Shown here: in pieces, positions 1-24,802 of the stretch | Layout of the letters: the number at the start of each line of letters is the position of its first letter | Numbering within the stretch: the first letter of the stretch is position 1 | Origin: Pavona decussata | Taxonomy: Eukaryota | Assembly (NCBI GenBank): GCA_977016875.1 | Contig: CDRNST010000060.1 | Coordinates: 1,736,001 to 1,800,000, forward strand | Length of the DNA: 64,000 nucleotides | Direction: 5' to 3' | Notes under the pieces: generated by a model | Database searches by the model: none | What the model was told of the DNA's origin: nothing | What the model saw: only the letters and a program-made list of their open reading frames with translations | Translations under genes and position numbers: made by a program

Positions 1-3000
1 TAAACAGTAGTTGTAAGTGTTCGGCAGTAGCTCCTATCTAACGAAACTATTGTAAATGCATTATAGACAATTCACTACCTTACAGAGAGAAGTAAGTTAA
101 TTATGAAAAGTCAATCCATTTTAAAGGGGCTATATCATGGGGATTTTTATGTGTTTTGATCAAGAATTGTGCTGCAACTGAATCTAAGTACCTATTCCTG
201 TTTATGAAATCCCCCCAAAAACACCAATAAAAAGAAGATGTCAAGTTTTCAATTTTTAGCAATTTTTCAAAGACACAAGAGGACTTGAAAAAGTTGGCCG
301 TTTTTTTCAAGTTACAACCCACTTCTATCTTCGCCATCTGTAGCCAGACTTGTAATTACGTGTAATCACAGTGTACACTATAGTGTTGTAACTTTTAACA
401 AAACTGCAACCTTCATTTTTGGGCTTGCATGTGTGAGAGTGCATCTAGGTACTTCAATGAAAGTGTTACTTAAAGTAACTGACATTGTCCTCCAACCATT
501 TTCTTAGCAACATAGGTCATTCAATGCCTTGTGACATCACACCTGGGTATACATAACCTTGGCTAAAACGGCAACGCAACTGTACTAACAGAAATTGTCA
601 TTGTCAGATTCACGCTTGGTCAATACTTACCAGCCGTTACCCTTGCTGAAGGGAATGTTAGACAAAATAGACATTACCTCGCTCCGAAGACCGTTTTCCA
701 CTTTAGGGACTAACACACAAACTCTAATTTTCACCATCCCTCCAATAACTGCCACGTGGGCTACAAACGTACTTTTCCTAACTCAATACTGGTTGAAAAC
801 TTATCTGTGTGCGTAGTGAGGATATTTTTTGATTAATTTATTTTGCTTTTCTGAAATAGATTGACAGAAACATAACTGGAGTTATAATTGGATGAAGCAC
901 CGCAGAAGATACATAAGAAGACTAAGAGGCAGATTATGAGGACATGATGAAAATAATGGAACTTTGTGCAAAAAAAGTTTGTTGAATTAAAGAAACTCAC
1001 ATTGAACGGCCAGCATCAAGTTGAAGTCAATCTATTGTACCATTCTGAGAGAATCGCTGCTTGTAAACCATTTACACTTTTTAACTTTAAGCGATTCGTT
1101 AATTCTTTCAGTTGATCCTTTCGCCCGTACCAAGAGAGCCATTTTTTTTACGAGATTTTAAAACAAACAAACAAATAAACACATCAAAATTGAATGAAGT
1201 CTTTATAGCTTTGGAATAAATTTGAAGTCGCCATCTATATCCATACACTTATTTATAGCTTGTTTTGCAGCGCTTGGTGCACTGATAAATGTTGCAAATG
1301 TCATAGATAACAGAATAAACAGAGAGTTGAAAGGTTTTGGAGATAGACAGTCATATCATGTCTAGGAGGGGCTCAAGATTTTGAGCTATTGATGAGTCAG
1401 GGAACATGAAAAGATCATCTCACTGGCACAAATTCTTGAGGGATCTCACCAGCCATCGACCATATGTTATTTGTCCCGTTGAATTAGCTGAACAGTAGAT
1501 TTGCAAAAGGAAAAATATTGGCTTGCGGAAAGAACTATTTATGAAGGCTCTTAGTAGTTTTCCATTCTTGCTCGTAATGCTAACGAAAATCAGCGGCCGG
1601 TTTTGCTTTGATGAGGCCTCTTTAACCCGCTAAACGTTCGAGTAATGAGTTGTAAAATTCGATTGAGGTACGATTTTCCTTTCTATCTGTGAATATATCA
1701 ACTTTCATGATGTTCCAGCTGGCTTCAATGCTGAACACACTTTTTCATTAATTGAAGAGAGGAAAGACTTCTATTGATCGTCATAAGGCAACCCTATTGA
1801 CCAACGCTGTTGGTAGACACCGGCGCGCGGACAAAACTTTGTAAGGGGCGCTGAACGCAATTTAATGGAACTTGTTAGTCGTTTGTGAACAGAGACGGTT
1901 TTAGAATTTTTGTTGCCCAAATATATCTTGGCTACCAGAATTCAGTGCTGTCTATAACACAGAGGATTTGTAGTACCATTTTCTCTGCGTTTTACTAGAC
2001 AAGTTGTGGCTTGTACAATGTGCTAAGGGTTCCGCCTAGAAGCCACAGTATTCCGAGTGATCAGAGAGTGAAGGAGGGGGAGGAAAAGTTAACGTGTGGG
2101 GAAAAGTATGACTAGGGGAAAAAGGGGAGAGCGTGTACACCTTCACTCATTTATGGCGTAAACTACTGGGCCCTTTCATTTGTCATTCGAGTCCTTTTGC
2201 TTTTCGATATTGTTTTGATTCACGAAGTTGAGGTTTTTTGGATGATGTAAATAGCCCATCTTGTTTTTATTTTCCCGGGGCTTTCAGCGCCCAGGTATTA
2301 CGACGGCTTTGATCCTAAGAAACTGGATCTCCCTGATTGGTTAAGCTCAGTGTCATTCTTCACGCGTTGAGTGAGGCTATTTTACCAGTAAATACATGAT
2401 TTTCGATCATTTGATTACAAGGTATGGCAAATCATCATGAGAACTTAATTCGTGCTCCGATAGTAGACCATTTTTCCCGACAAAGTATAATCATTTACGA
2501 CTGGGAAGCAGCAGCAAATACAAAACGTACAAACAAATAACAGGATTATATCTGTACTGATGAAGGGCCTATCGCACATTGTTAAGAAGTCAATCAGATA
2601 ACAACAGATTGCTGTTCTGATGAGAACCGAATTACCAAAAAGTACGTCATCGTAAAACAACTTTGCTCGAGGGTCAAAGAAATCGGCCGGTGCTGTAGAA
2701 GAGCCTGTTATTTCCACTCCCCTTCACCTCCCTCCAAAATAAAAAATAAAACTTGCGCTGGGTGGCAGTGATTTAACTGATTTGAAATCACTTGAAAAAC
2801 TGGATTATAATGGATAAAAAAAAATGAAATAATTGACTGATAGTTCATCGTGCTGCCAATTGCTGAGCTCCTTTCTCAGTGCGGTTTCAAGTGTTCCGAA
2901 TTACTCAGTCTGAATTGGACTCACCAGGTGCCACAAAGCAACGCACTTTCAACTTAACTTTTCAACTTTATTTATTGCCCAAAATCACTGACAGGTATCG

Positions 3001-3019
3001 TTACATTAGTATTTCTTAA

Positions 3020-3498
3020 CCCTTTAAGCCCCGAGGGAAATGCCAAATTTTTCTAAATCGGTAACTATAAACCAGGAGACCACATGTGATATACCATTTG
3101 AAAGGTGTTTTCTGGGGTATGCTATAAATCACACCAAAAGAAATGGAGGAGGTCACAGATTGAATTGACAAGTGCCCAAAATAAAAAAATAAAAATGTTT
3201 AAAATTTTCCTGTTCCTTGTACAGATTGGGTATGTCCCTAAACTGTAGCTTAATTTGCAGCTCTCAGTGCATTGGTTGTTGTCAGATATTAACTTGGCCT
3301 AAAAAGTACAAAGATAAAAAGTTCCAAAAGTTGCAGGGGTGGTAAATCAAGTCTTGTAAAGGAGTGGGGCATGATATTATGCCTTCCATATGCAGATCTT
3401 TCCAAGATCTTTTAGTTGTGCAAATTTCACACAAATTGACTGAATATTGAGCATGTAATTGCATCTTGTACCATATGGCACTATCGGGGCTTAAAGGG
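3020..3498. mobile_element. piggyBac-like MITE
   Basis: TIRs ccctttaagccccga / tcggggcttaaaggg flanked by TTAA on both sides (3016-3019, 3499-3502); no ORF. Confidence 0.8.
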
Positions 3499-3599
3499 TT
3501 AACAAAAGTCATGATATTGAGCTGGAAAGCTCACAAGCCTTTCTAGGCTTATCCGCGGAGACCCCATATTCACTAGTATCTCCGGTTGTAATAACCGCG

Positions 3600-3867
3600 C
3601 CACAGAGCGCTTTGTGGTGTTTTGATTAGGCCACAAAGCGCTCTGTGGCACCTTCTTTAGTCCGCAAAGCGCTCTCTGGTGATAAAATTGGAAAAATCAT
3701 ATAATGTTCACAAGATCGTGTGATATGCTTGTAGGTGTCAAGGAAACACCCAGTTTTCATTGTTGAATGCCCTAAAACTGACCACAAAGCACTTTATGGC
3801 TTCACATACAAAACCACAAAGCGCACTGTGGTAATTGTCAGATAAAACATCACAAAGCGCTTTATGA
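3600..3867. repeat. Array of six ~18-bp palindromic motifs (ccacaaagcgctytgtgg)
   Basis: Copies start at 3600, 3631, 3662, 3782, 3814 and 3850, separated by unique spacers. Confidence 0.75.
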
Positions 3868-4740
3868 CTTTCGTATAAAACGACTTAAAAAAACGCTCTC
3901 AGTGAAGACAAAAAGACATAAATCTGCAAATTCCGCTAGTTAGTTTTAAAGTAACAGAAGTAAGGCGACGGTAGATTAAAAACATGAGACAGACGTGAGT
4001 ACTGAGATTTGTGTCGCGCTTCTCCTTTGGGCTCCCTGGGTGTTTGTTTGCGACAAATAAATGGTACTGAAAACCGGACAACTGATGTCCCAAAAATGTA
4101 TATAGACTGAGGACACAACTGAACAATTGAAACGGTACTATTGTAATAAAACTTCAGAACGTTGCCGAACATATTGCGCTCTAAGTCACAGCAATTTTGC
4201 TTTTTAATTTGGGTGCACTAGGTTTCTAGAGAAAATTGGAATGCTATGATACGAAGATCAAGGAGAATCGTTGAGTTTGAAGCTCTCCCGTTTGTCGGGA
4301 AAGAAGCGTTCTCCTTCTTGTGACCTCTTGTCGGTTAGATCGTAAGCTCAATGTTAGCATTTCCTTCTCTGATTTATCCTCTTATTTACGAGGATAGTAT
4401 GAACAAGACTTTAGAGGCTTATGGAAACTGAACACCAACGCACATACTGTTGCTTTCGATTTTTAAACGAAGTCGATCGATGTAAGCCGCTCAGTTACGT
4501 CGCTTTCAAATCAAGTCAAATATATTTGCCACTTACCCTCACCCCGTCGAATAACCAATTTTGCTCGAAGACCGAACTGCAACGGAGTCTCTTTACCAGT
4601 CTTAATTCGCGTGGGCCAAGATAGATCGCATTATGTGATTGGCCCATCATATCACATGACGTCAGAGGACAGGTCTGCAACGGAGGACATAACTGCAATG
4701 GTACAGACGTTGGCTATTTTGCGTCTTTTTTGCGTGCCCC

Positions 4741-7325
4741 CATTCTCGTCCCCAGAGCCTCCTGTCCCTCTTAGCCGGCGGGGCCTTCGCACGAGGGAAA
4801 GGAGGCTCTGGGGACACAGGATTTGATTGGCTACTTCCTGACAAAAGAAATCTAAAACGGAAGTGAAAATGTTAACGGCAGAGCGTGGGATGGGCGACTG
4901 GCGGCCTGGCGCGAAAAATAAAAGTAGCGTAAAAATGCAGCACGATGGCGGACGCTGAAAGATCGCTAAAGATTCTCCGAAAAAGCCGTTGGCACATTTT
5001 TTAAACATCTGTAGGTGTTATAATCAAACGGGTTTTAATTAGAAACCACTCTGTCAATAGTTTCGTGAAGGAAAGACGGTGTGGAGTTGGCAAAAGTCTT
5101 TAGAGTTTTTATTCGGGAAGGGAAGTTTCGCTCGATGATAATTTTCCTAAAAAAAACTCTGTCAACCTTGTTTTCACAAGATAAAAAACATTTACGAATT
5201 GCAGTCTTTAAAGAAAAAGTAGAGTCTATCTTCGCAGGAGCTTTCATTGGCTGAGATCGAGACAAAAGTGAAAGAGCTCGCAGTTCTACGCAATTGAATG
5301 GCTAAATTTCCCGAGCCTATCGGTGCAAACTGCTCACAAATGGCTGGAGCATTCCCCACAAATTTCTAACTTGGAATGAAGCACAGTAAGGGGCATCTCT
5401 CTCAACTCCTTTACAGTCCTTTAGCTTTGTGATGTAAGGCAGCAAGAAGGCCTCTATTTCATTTATGTTGGTATCTAGCAACATTGTAAAATATGTTCTT
5501 TCTGTTTGAGTTCACTTCAATGATATGATGACAGGATCCACCATCTCTAAGGAATTTGAAATTATATCTCTTGGCTCTGTTGCTGTTACTGTCAGTTCAA
5601 CTATAGGTACATTTGGAAACATGACACTTAGCATACCTAGGAACAGGTCTAAAAATAATTATTTCCCGATGAATATTATTAAGTTTTGCAACATCCATTT
5701 TTTAATTGTTTTTTTTTTTCGGGAGGGGGGAGGGGTTGGTGGCGGAATTTGGGAAATTACCTACTTGAAAGTGGAAGAGGGCAACACAAATAATTTACAT
5801 GTGCACTGCCATCCCTTCAAATCTAATACTGTTAGAATTATCTTTGAGACATGAAAAGAGGGTCACTAAAAATATGAAAATTCATTGTATTTTATGTCAT
5901 AATAGAAATTGCATTCAACATTTTGTCTTTTTTAGAACAACTTTCTAATTTTCCTAATATTTGGAACACTCATTGAACCCAATGAACTCAAAATAAGTCT
6001 CTTGAAGGCTACAGACACATTAAACACACAAATGTCAATGTGTAATATAATAAGTGAATGAGTTAATGTGTGCTGAAGTCAAAATGGGTGAATTTATAAC
6101 AGAGATGGATAATCCAACCCGATGAATCTGTATGGTAGTTAATTTGCAGGCATACATGCTAGAGATGGAGTGTTACTAGTTTGCCTGATAATCAGTCATC
6201 TGTGTAAAACAGTATGGGCACAGATTATCCTTCTACTGGTATTCATGTATTAAAATTATTAAAAGTATAATTGTTAATAGAACTGAGTGGAGTGCAAAGT
6301 TCAATATTTAGTAATTTATTACACCCATTTTGAAATCACATTTCTTTTTGTCAATGTTAATATTTATTGATTTGCTTCAAGAAACCCGTTTTTTAAGTGG
6401 TTATTATATAAGGATCACCAGTGATTTTAAAATAGGTTCAATAAACATAGAAACAAATAATTGAATGATCCATCAGATGGTCCATCTTTATTATAAATTG
6501 AGCCCTCGAAACGCCAGGTCCATCCTAAAAATGCCAACATACTGTAGTCATTTTCCTATTAATGATTTGCATAACATTGTACAAGATTAACCCTCACAGG
6601 TTTGTATAGTGTGATTTAGGCTGATCACAAAGTATATAGTTCTAGAGTATCTATATGTTTATTGTGAAAAGAAGAAGAATAAAACTTGTTACCATTCTGC
6701 AATGAGATGTGCCTCATCAACTACAGCTGCTTTGATCTTTTCCTTAATCTCGATCACCACTGTCCAAAACCTGCCTATTTTTTTTTTTCAATAAACTTAA
6801 ATACACTTAATATTCCTCCATTTGGGATACAGAGAAGTCTAGCGATTCGCCTCAAAGAATCATTGCAGATGGTAGTTTCATGCTGTCAAGTTTGATATCT
6901 GATCCCGTATCAGCACATTCAACGGCGATGCGACCAAAATTAAATGCAGTCACTGACCTCAAGCCATGGGTCAAAACAAAGGGCAAAAGTTGGAATATCA
7001 AGGATTTGTCGAAGGCAGAGACACCTGACACATCCCTCCTTTTTTCGACAATAATTCTAATTGCGTTCCTGGAAGCTGCTCACGAAGAGAAATCGATTCC
7101 AAAATAAGGAGACGCAGAACATTCGCCAGTATCTCAATAAACTTATCGCCTCTAGCAGCCGCCATGTTATTCTCACTAAATTTAATGACATTTCAAGACT
7201 TCATACATGAATACCGGAAGTCCTAGAATCTAGGACTTCCGCAATTCTGTGTCCCCAGAGCCACTTGGTCCTCGTGCCCAGCCTCCAGCGGCTAAGAGGA
7301 CCAGGCGGCTCTGGGGACGAGAATG
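4741..7325. mobile_element. Decayed AcademH-like DNA transposon (2585 bp)
   Basis: TIRs cattctcgtccccagagcc / ggctctggggacgagaatg; 9-bp TSD gcgtgcccc (4732-4740, 7326-7334); internal RecQ-type helicase remnants on the - strand. A RecQ-like helicase plus ~9-bp TSD are the described hallmarks of AcademH. Confidence 0.75.
5340..7165 (-). pseudogene. Transposon-borne RecQ-type SF2 helicase pseudogene (frameshifted, intron-containing)
   Basis: Minus-strand fragments in RecQ order: KSLIFQLLPFV (~6971-7007, motif I tail), LILVASPLNVLIRDQISNL (~6887-6943, Ia), KIKAAVVDEAHLIAEW (~6692-6740, II), FPNVPIVELTVTAT and NRKNIFY (~5485-5625, III), MPLTV (~5385, IV). Stops and frameshifts lie between them. 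Confidence 0.8.
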
Positions 7326-7599
7326 GCGTGCCCCCAAACAATCCCACAATCACTTGGGCAGTTACTCTCGACCCAGGCCATCACTCATTTTCAAAGTGGG
7401 CTAATGATCTCTCTTGGTTGCTCTCCTTTGACAAAACGACTAACTGAAAGTTAAACTTAGCACGTATTGCACTGTCCTTCAATAATTGATTAGTCCTATC
7501 CATAGTATAACCGTGCTTTTCCATCGAGTAGTCCCAAGTCGTTCTCCTTCTCTTTTGAACGAGCGTGTAGCGCGCGCAAGAACCTGGTAACGATCCCCT

Positions 7600-7738
7600 A
7601 TTTTACCGGGCCCGGAAATTACCGGGAAAGTTTACGGGTGCTTCGAGAAACACATTATCGGGCCCGGTAAAGTTTCCCGGTAAGTTGCAACAAGTTAACG
7701 GGCCCGGAAATTACCGGGACTTTCGAGAAACGGGCCCC
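7600..7738. mobile_element. Truncated MITE end just upstream of the DDX28 start codon
   Basis: Repeated gggcccggaaattaccggga units ending in ...tttcgagaaacgggcccc, resembling the GGCCC-type TIRs of other MITEs in the window; no partner TIR found. Confidence 0.5.
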
Positions 7739-7774
7739 TCAGTGGCGAACTGCCTCAAGGGATATGTTTTCAAA

Positions 7775-20079
<12,305 letters not shown>

Positions 20080-20323
20080 TGCCTCTGATCTCCTCCGCGA
20101 CCGTTTTGGAAAGCCCGAAAAGGAAAGAGGAAAACGCGAACTGTACCCTTGAACTGTTGTTGGACGATGCACTGCTCTCGTGAAATGTCGACTCTGAGGG
20201 AAAATCGGAAGCGCCGAGCGGAAGGTATTTATCGAATAGTGGATGAACATATGAGCAACTGACTCACTTTCGCTGTACATCTCCGAAGAGGCATGGGAAG
20301 AGATACTGATAGAAAGCATGGTG

Positions 20324-20548
20324 TAGGCCATTTTACCGTTGTGTGCTTAGTGACCTGGCCTTTGATTGGAAATGAGGCCGGGGTGACCTTTTTTTGATAC
20401 AAACCTCACTGCTTTTCATTTGTAAATGCAAACTTGTTAGCATAAGAACAGCGTGATCTACATGTGAAAAGCAGTGAAGCAAGATCACCCTCAGCCTCGC
20501 TTCCAAGCGAAGACCAGGTCACTAAGCACACAACTGCAAAACGGGCTA
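20324..20548. mobile_element. Palindromic TAG-ended MITE in the DDX28 3' region
   Basis: taggccattttaccgttgtgtgcttagtgacctgg / ccaggtcactaagcacacaactgcaaaacgggcta. Confidence 0.65.
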
Positions 20549-22548
20549 TCAGTGGTTTGCAACCAACCAGTTGACAATGGTGTGGCAGCCATATTGGGAA
20601 AATTAACAGATGGAGGGAATGAGAAATCGCGTTTGTGTTGGCACTTCCATGGCGGCGATGACATAAAATGCTTAGAATTCAATTTCCCGAGTGGATTGTG
20701 AAAGCAGTAAGGCGACGAATTGATGATTTATAACTAATCCCTGGCGATTTAGTTGACGGTGGAGTGGTAGCCATGTTGGTGAAATTTAAAAAAAAAAAAC
20801 AAAAAAAAAAACAACAACAACAACAACAACAACAAAAGGAATGTGAAATCGTATTTTTGCCCAGCAGCATGGCGGTAATGGCGTTAACTGCCAACGATTC
20901 GTTTCTCGGATAGATTGTGAAAACAATAAAGAGAACAAGAACAATTTACCTTTGAACTCGAAAAATCGAATCCAGTGCTTCAAGCCCAGCATATGTTTCC
21001 GACTTTATTTCTCTGCGCTAAAAAGGGTTTTTCGCTTCTTGGCTAAAACCCACGGCGACGCTTGTTGCACACGCTAACACGAACTTAATACAGTTTCCTC
21101 TACTGCGATCATTTAGGAATTTAAACCCTGATGGCCGCAAAGTATTACAGATTGCAATAACGGTAAAAGGCTCCTTCTTAACGCAAAGCGTTTTTCTGGT
21201 CTTGCTAATGGCCAGTTACCATGCCGTTACTCGCCATAAAATACCATCAACCACTATAAGCTCCAGATTAGCTTGTTGATGATTTATTTTTCCTTACTGA
21301 TGAGATACACACGAATAACAACATGCACAAGCGCGCGGTTCTAAAATGAAAACAAAAATAGCGGTAACTAAAGTGATACCGAAACGAAATGAAGCGAAAT
21401 AAAACGAAATAAATGCAAATAAACAAAGAACACAAGCTGGTACCTCATACAGTAAGAGATCCCCGGTAAGGAAACAAAAATACACAGATAACCTCCGTGG
21501 TAAAAAATTTTTTGACCGAGCACTTAGCAAGTAAAAATATAAATCGCTACCAGAGAATCATGGGAAACAAGCAGGCCCGCAATGCTTGCAAAGTACTTGA
21601 ATAGATCCTACAACCACAGTAGGTTATGTCAACCAATCAAAATTACTGATTTTAATATGGTCTTTCTTGTGATATAAATAGTTCATGTCCTTGCCTAAAT
21701 TTACAAATTTATACATGAATTGGATATATGTTTATCCTTTCGGAAGAGACGTCGACCAAGCAGATTTTTGAACAAACACTGAGTTTATTAACAATTAAGT
21801 TTAGTGTTTTACGTTGTCAAACTACAAAGGGAAAAAAAGAGAAATATATACGTTACAATATTTTACAGATACAGCTAACTACAGGAATTGCGAAAGGTAC
21901 AAGAAAATCACTAAAGCTACTTACAATTCTGGTTGCCTTCTCTTCTGCTTTATGAAGCGAGGCACGTACTGACCTATTTATTCTTTTACAAAAAATATGC
22001 ATGATATGTAAAACACGTACCTTTTAACACGCATTTATTAGTCCTTTACAAAGTCCCAACTTTTACGGCAAAAATATGCGCATTATGCAAAACAATACTT
22101 ATTTCCTTTTAAACTGCTCCCAGAATAAACACTGCCAGTATCACGATGAATATGCTCTTTGCAGCAAGAAATTCTTCCCCAAACATAGGGTGCAATTGAC
22201 AAACAGCACTTCTTCCAAGTATGTCACGTGTGCAGTATCGAAAGGCGTCGAAACAGCTATCGATACTTTATATCCAGAGTTATCGAGCATTTGGTATCGA
22301 TATATTAAACTTCCCGGCTTATCTTTTATAAGAGTAAATTGCACTCCTTTCTCCTTTATCACGGTAATTTAAAACTTTTGTGCAGGCCAGATAGCATAAA
22401 ACAATTGACTCTGGTGTAAAAAAGCACCTTACAATTAGTAAAAAAGCTGAGTTTGAGAGTTTTGTCTTTTGAAATAGCGAGCATATAGCTTCGTTAAGTC
22501 TAAAAATGTTATGGGCGTTTGTGTGAAAACGGGCAAGTTTTTCTCGTC

Positions 22549-22703
22549 GATAAATAAAGCGCTGGAAAGTAAAGAAAAACCTCGACGTTCCAACATTACT
22601 GTCTTCTTGAGGGTACAAAAAATTTGCACGGTGCACCCTTATAAGAAGAAAGTATTGTCGAAACGTCGGTTTTTGTTTTTCAAGTTCCAGCGCTTTATTT
22701 ATC
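22549..22703. mobile_element. PLE-like palindrome
   Basis: Arms gataaataaagcgctggaa.. / ..ttccagcgctttatttatc; right arm contains agaagaaagtattgtcgaaacgtcgg (decayed hammerhead-like end). Confidence 0.55.
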
Positions 22704-23038
22704 AATTACTACTTATTTGAAGGCGCTGCGCAGTTTATAAATTTTTTTAGTTTTTCACGTCCTCATACAATAGTCTGCAAAAATTCCTGAATTTACGTTG
22801 ATTTATCGTCGCTTTTTTTAAAGACAAGTCTCTCCAACTTGGTTCTTTTTATAAAACTAATTTTCAGGTGCTGTCAGCACTTTCCAGCAGTTTTAATTGG
22901 TTTTTGTTACCTGGCAAAATTCTAAATTACTGTGGTAAAGGTCTATGTTAGGAGGAAGGGAAGTCTGGATGGCAGAGACAATATGTACGGTCGAGTCTGT
23001 CTTTCGATTAAATTGAGTAGCTATTATGGCGCTTTCTG

Positions 23039-23277
23039 GGCCCGGTTGTTCGAAAGCCGATTAACGTTAATCCACGATTAAAAGTTAACCGAGGTTTTCT
23101 TCTCGCTCGTTAAGGAAGGTTTTTAAGGCTAATTTTAAGCTTATGGTAAAGAAAAGTTTAAGGCAAAACTGAGGGACAAATTTCATTTGGAAGAATTCGC
23201 ATGGGATAGTAAATAAACTCGAATCAAAGTTCACTTTAACCCAGGATTAGCTTAATCTAGCTTTGAACAACTGGGCC
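23039..23277 (+). mobile_element. PIF/Harbinger-like MITE family A (239 bp)
   Basis: TIRs ggcccggttgttcgaaag / ctttgaacaactgggcc; CTG TSD 23036-23038 and 23278-23280; homologous to 34109-34341, 37196-37434 and 49921-50160. Confidence 0.85.
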
Positions 23278-24802
23278 CTGGGCTCAGTTGCTCGAAGCAT
23301 GTCTTTCACTAGTAATTTAGGAGAAGGTTGTTGAAGTGGCTGTGTCGAGGAGGATTCTGTCTCTGATGCAAGAGTTTCGTGAGATTGAAAGCGGACCTTT
23401 TCAAATGCTTTGTGGAAACGGGCAACTTCCATTGAAACTTTTGACTTTCCAACACAGTCCTTCCAAAATCTCTTGTCAAGGATCATATATTGGATTGGAA
23501 CCACTGCAAAGCTGGAATAAGCTAACGAGTATGCCCAGAGGTAAGCACAGTGTATTGGCAAGGAGGCAAATCTGTTTCTTAGTATGACCATTATGGCAAA
23601 CATAAGCCACAGGCTCAGGTAAGTAACAATCATGGCCACGCAAATTTTCGTTAGTTTGACTTCCTTCTGCACGCCTGACTTGCCGAGGACGGCCCGAAGA
23701 TGTGACGAGTGCTCCCGAACATGCTTGACAATCCCGTAAAACCGGTTGAAGATGACGCAGAGTGAGGGGACAATCCATACGGTTACTACGACGAGCATAA
23801 CATTCTTCCCCGTGTTTGCCAGGGTGTCAAATACCCGCCCGGGAACACTGCATAAGGGCTTCCCTCGTGCGACGGTTAATATATGCCCGGTGCCCCCAGG
23901 AACGACTGTGAAACATGCAAAGAGCCAGATGAAGATGAGATAATAGGCTGTTTTCCCGCAGGTCATTTTGCGGACTGGTGCGCGGCAAATGGCATCGTAG
24001 CGATCAATAGCGATGGTTGCTAATGTCATGATGTTGACAGCGAAGCACGTGAACATTGTGAAGAATCGCGCCAAGCACACTAAGTAATCAAGTAAATAAA
24101 TTCAAAATTATGTAAGCTTATAAAATGTATTTTGTCATTTAAATTCTGAGTCATACTTGGGTTCAATACACGGACTTAAAAGTTAGAACCATCTTGTGAA
24201 ACAAAACGACAGAAAGGTACTTCGTCAACAGCCAGTCAAACTTTAGGATTTTGTTCAGTCTCAAAAGCTACAAACCTTAAGTTGTGTAATAAATAATACC
24301 AGTAAAATTATATAAGAAGGAGCTACCCTAGTGGCTTTCGTGAATTTTCGTTACCGAGATTTTTTGCCTGGATCCAAAAAAAAAAAAAAAAGAAAAGAAT
24401 AATTTACTGACCCATCATTTAGACGAAGTTTTCACATCGTAAAGCATGGTTTTAGTCGACAAAAAGATAAAAAAAATATATATCAGTTGTAAAAATTTAT
24501 CTCAAATTACCTTGGTTATCCGAGAGGTCGGAGTTGCCGTTGAGGGCTCGCACATGAAGCGGAAGGCTGATCACGTAAGCAATGAGATCAACGGCCGCAA
24601 AGTTTATGATCAGAAGTTTATCGGGTGTTAAACTACCTCGGTGATGTTTGAAGCTGAAAATAAGCAGGATCGAATTTACCATAATCCCCAAGAAACACGC
24701 TAATCCTAAAACAACATTTTGCCCAACTAAACCTGGGCACTGTGCGTTGGTTTGATCCTGTGAACGCCCCAGCGAAAATGTAGAGTTCGGAGAGGTGGTC
24801 AT
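23247..24802 (-). CDS. Orphan rhodopsin-like (class A) GPCR, 2 exons, 374 aa
   Basis: Exons 24802-24511 and 24079-23247, phase-1 GT-AG intron. TM1 LGIMVN, TM2 NFAAVDL, TM3 C...IAIDRYDAIC, TM4 IWL, TM5 IVP, hydrophobic TM6, TM7 VVPIQY; N-terminal NST sequon. Confidence 0.88.

Noticed and set aside
1450-2717. Possible decayed gene on the minus strand (hydrophobic ORF 2445-2717; open stretch 1450-1630 with splice-like ends)
   Set aside because: No recognisable domain and the frames cannot be joined; needs a BLASTx search.
3600-3867. CRISPR-like repeat/spacer array
   Set aside because: Eukaryotic context, degenerate repeats, spacers mostly only ~13-18 bp, and no cas genes.
23247-24802. Opsin
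   Set aside because: The retinal-binding Lys position in TM7 (AKSS) is AYSS.
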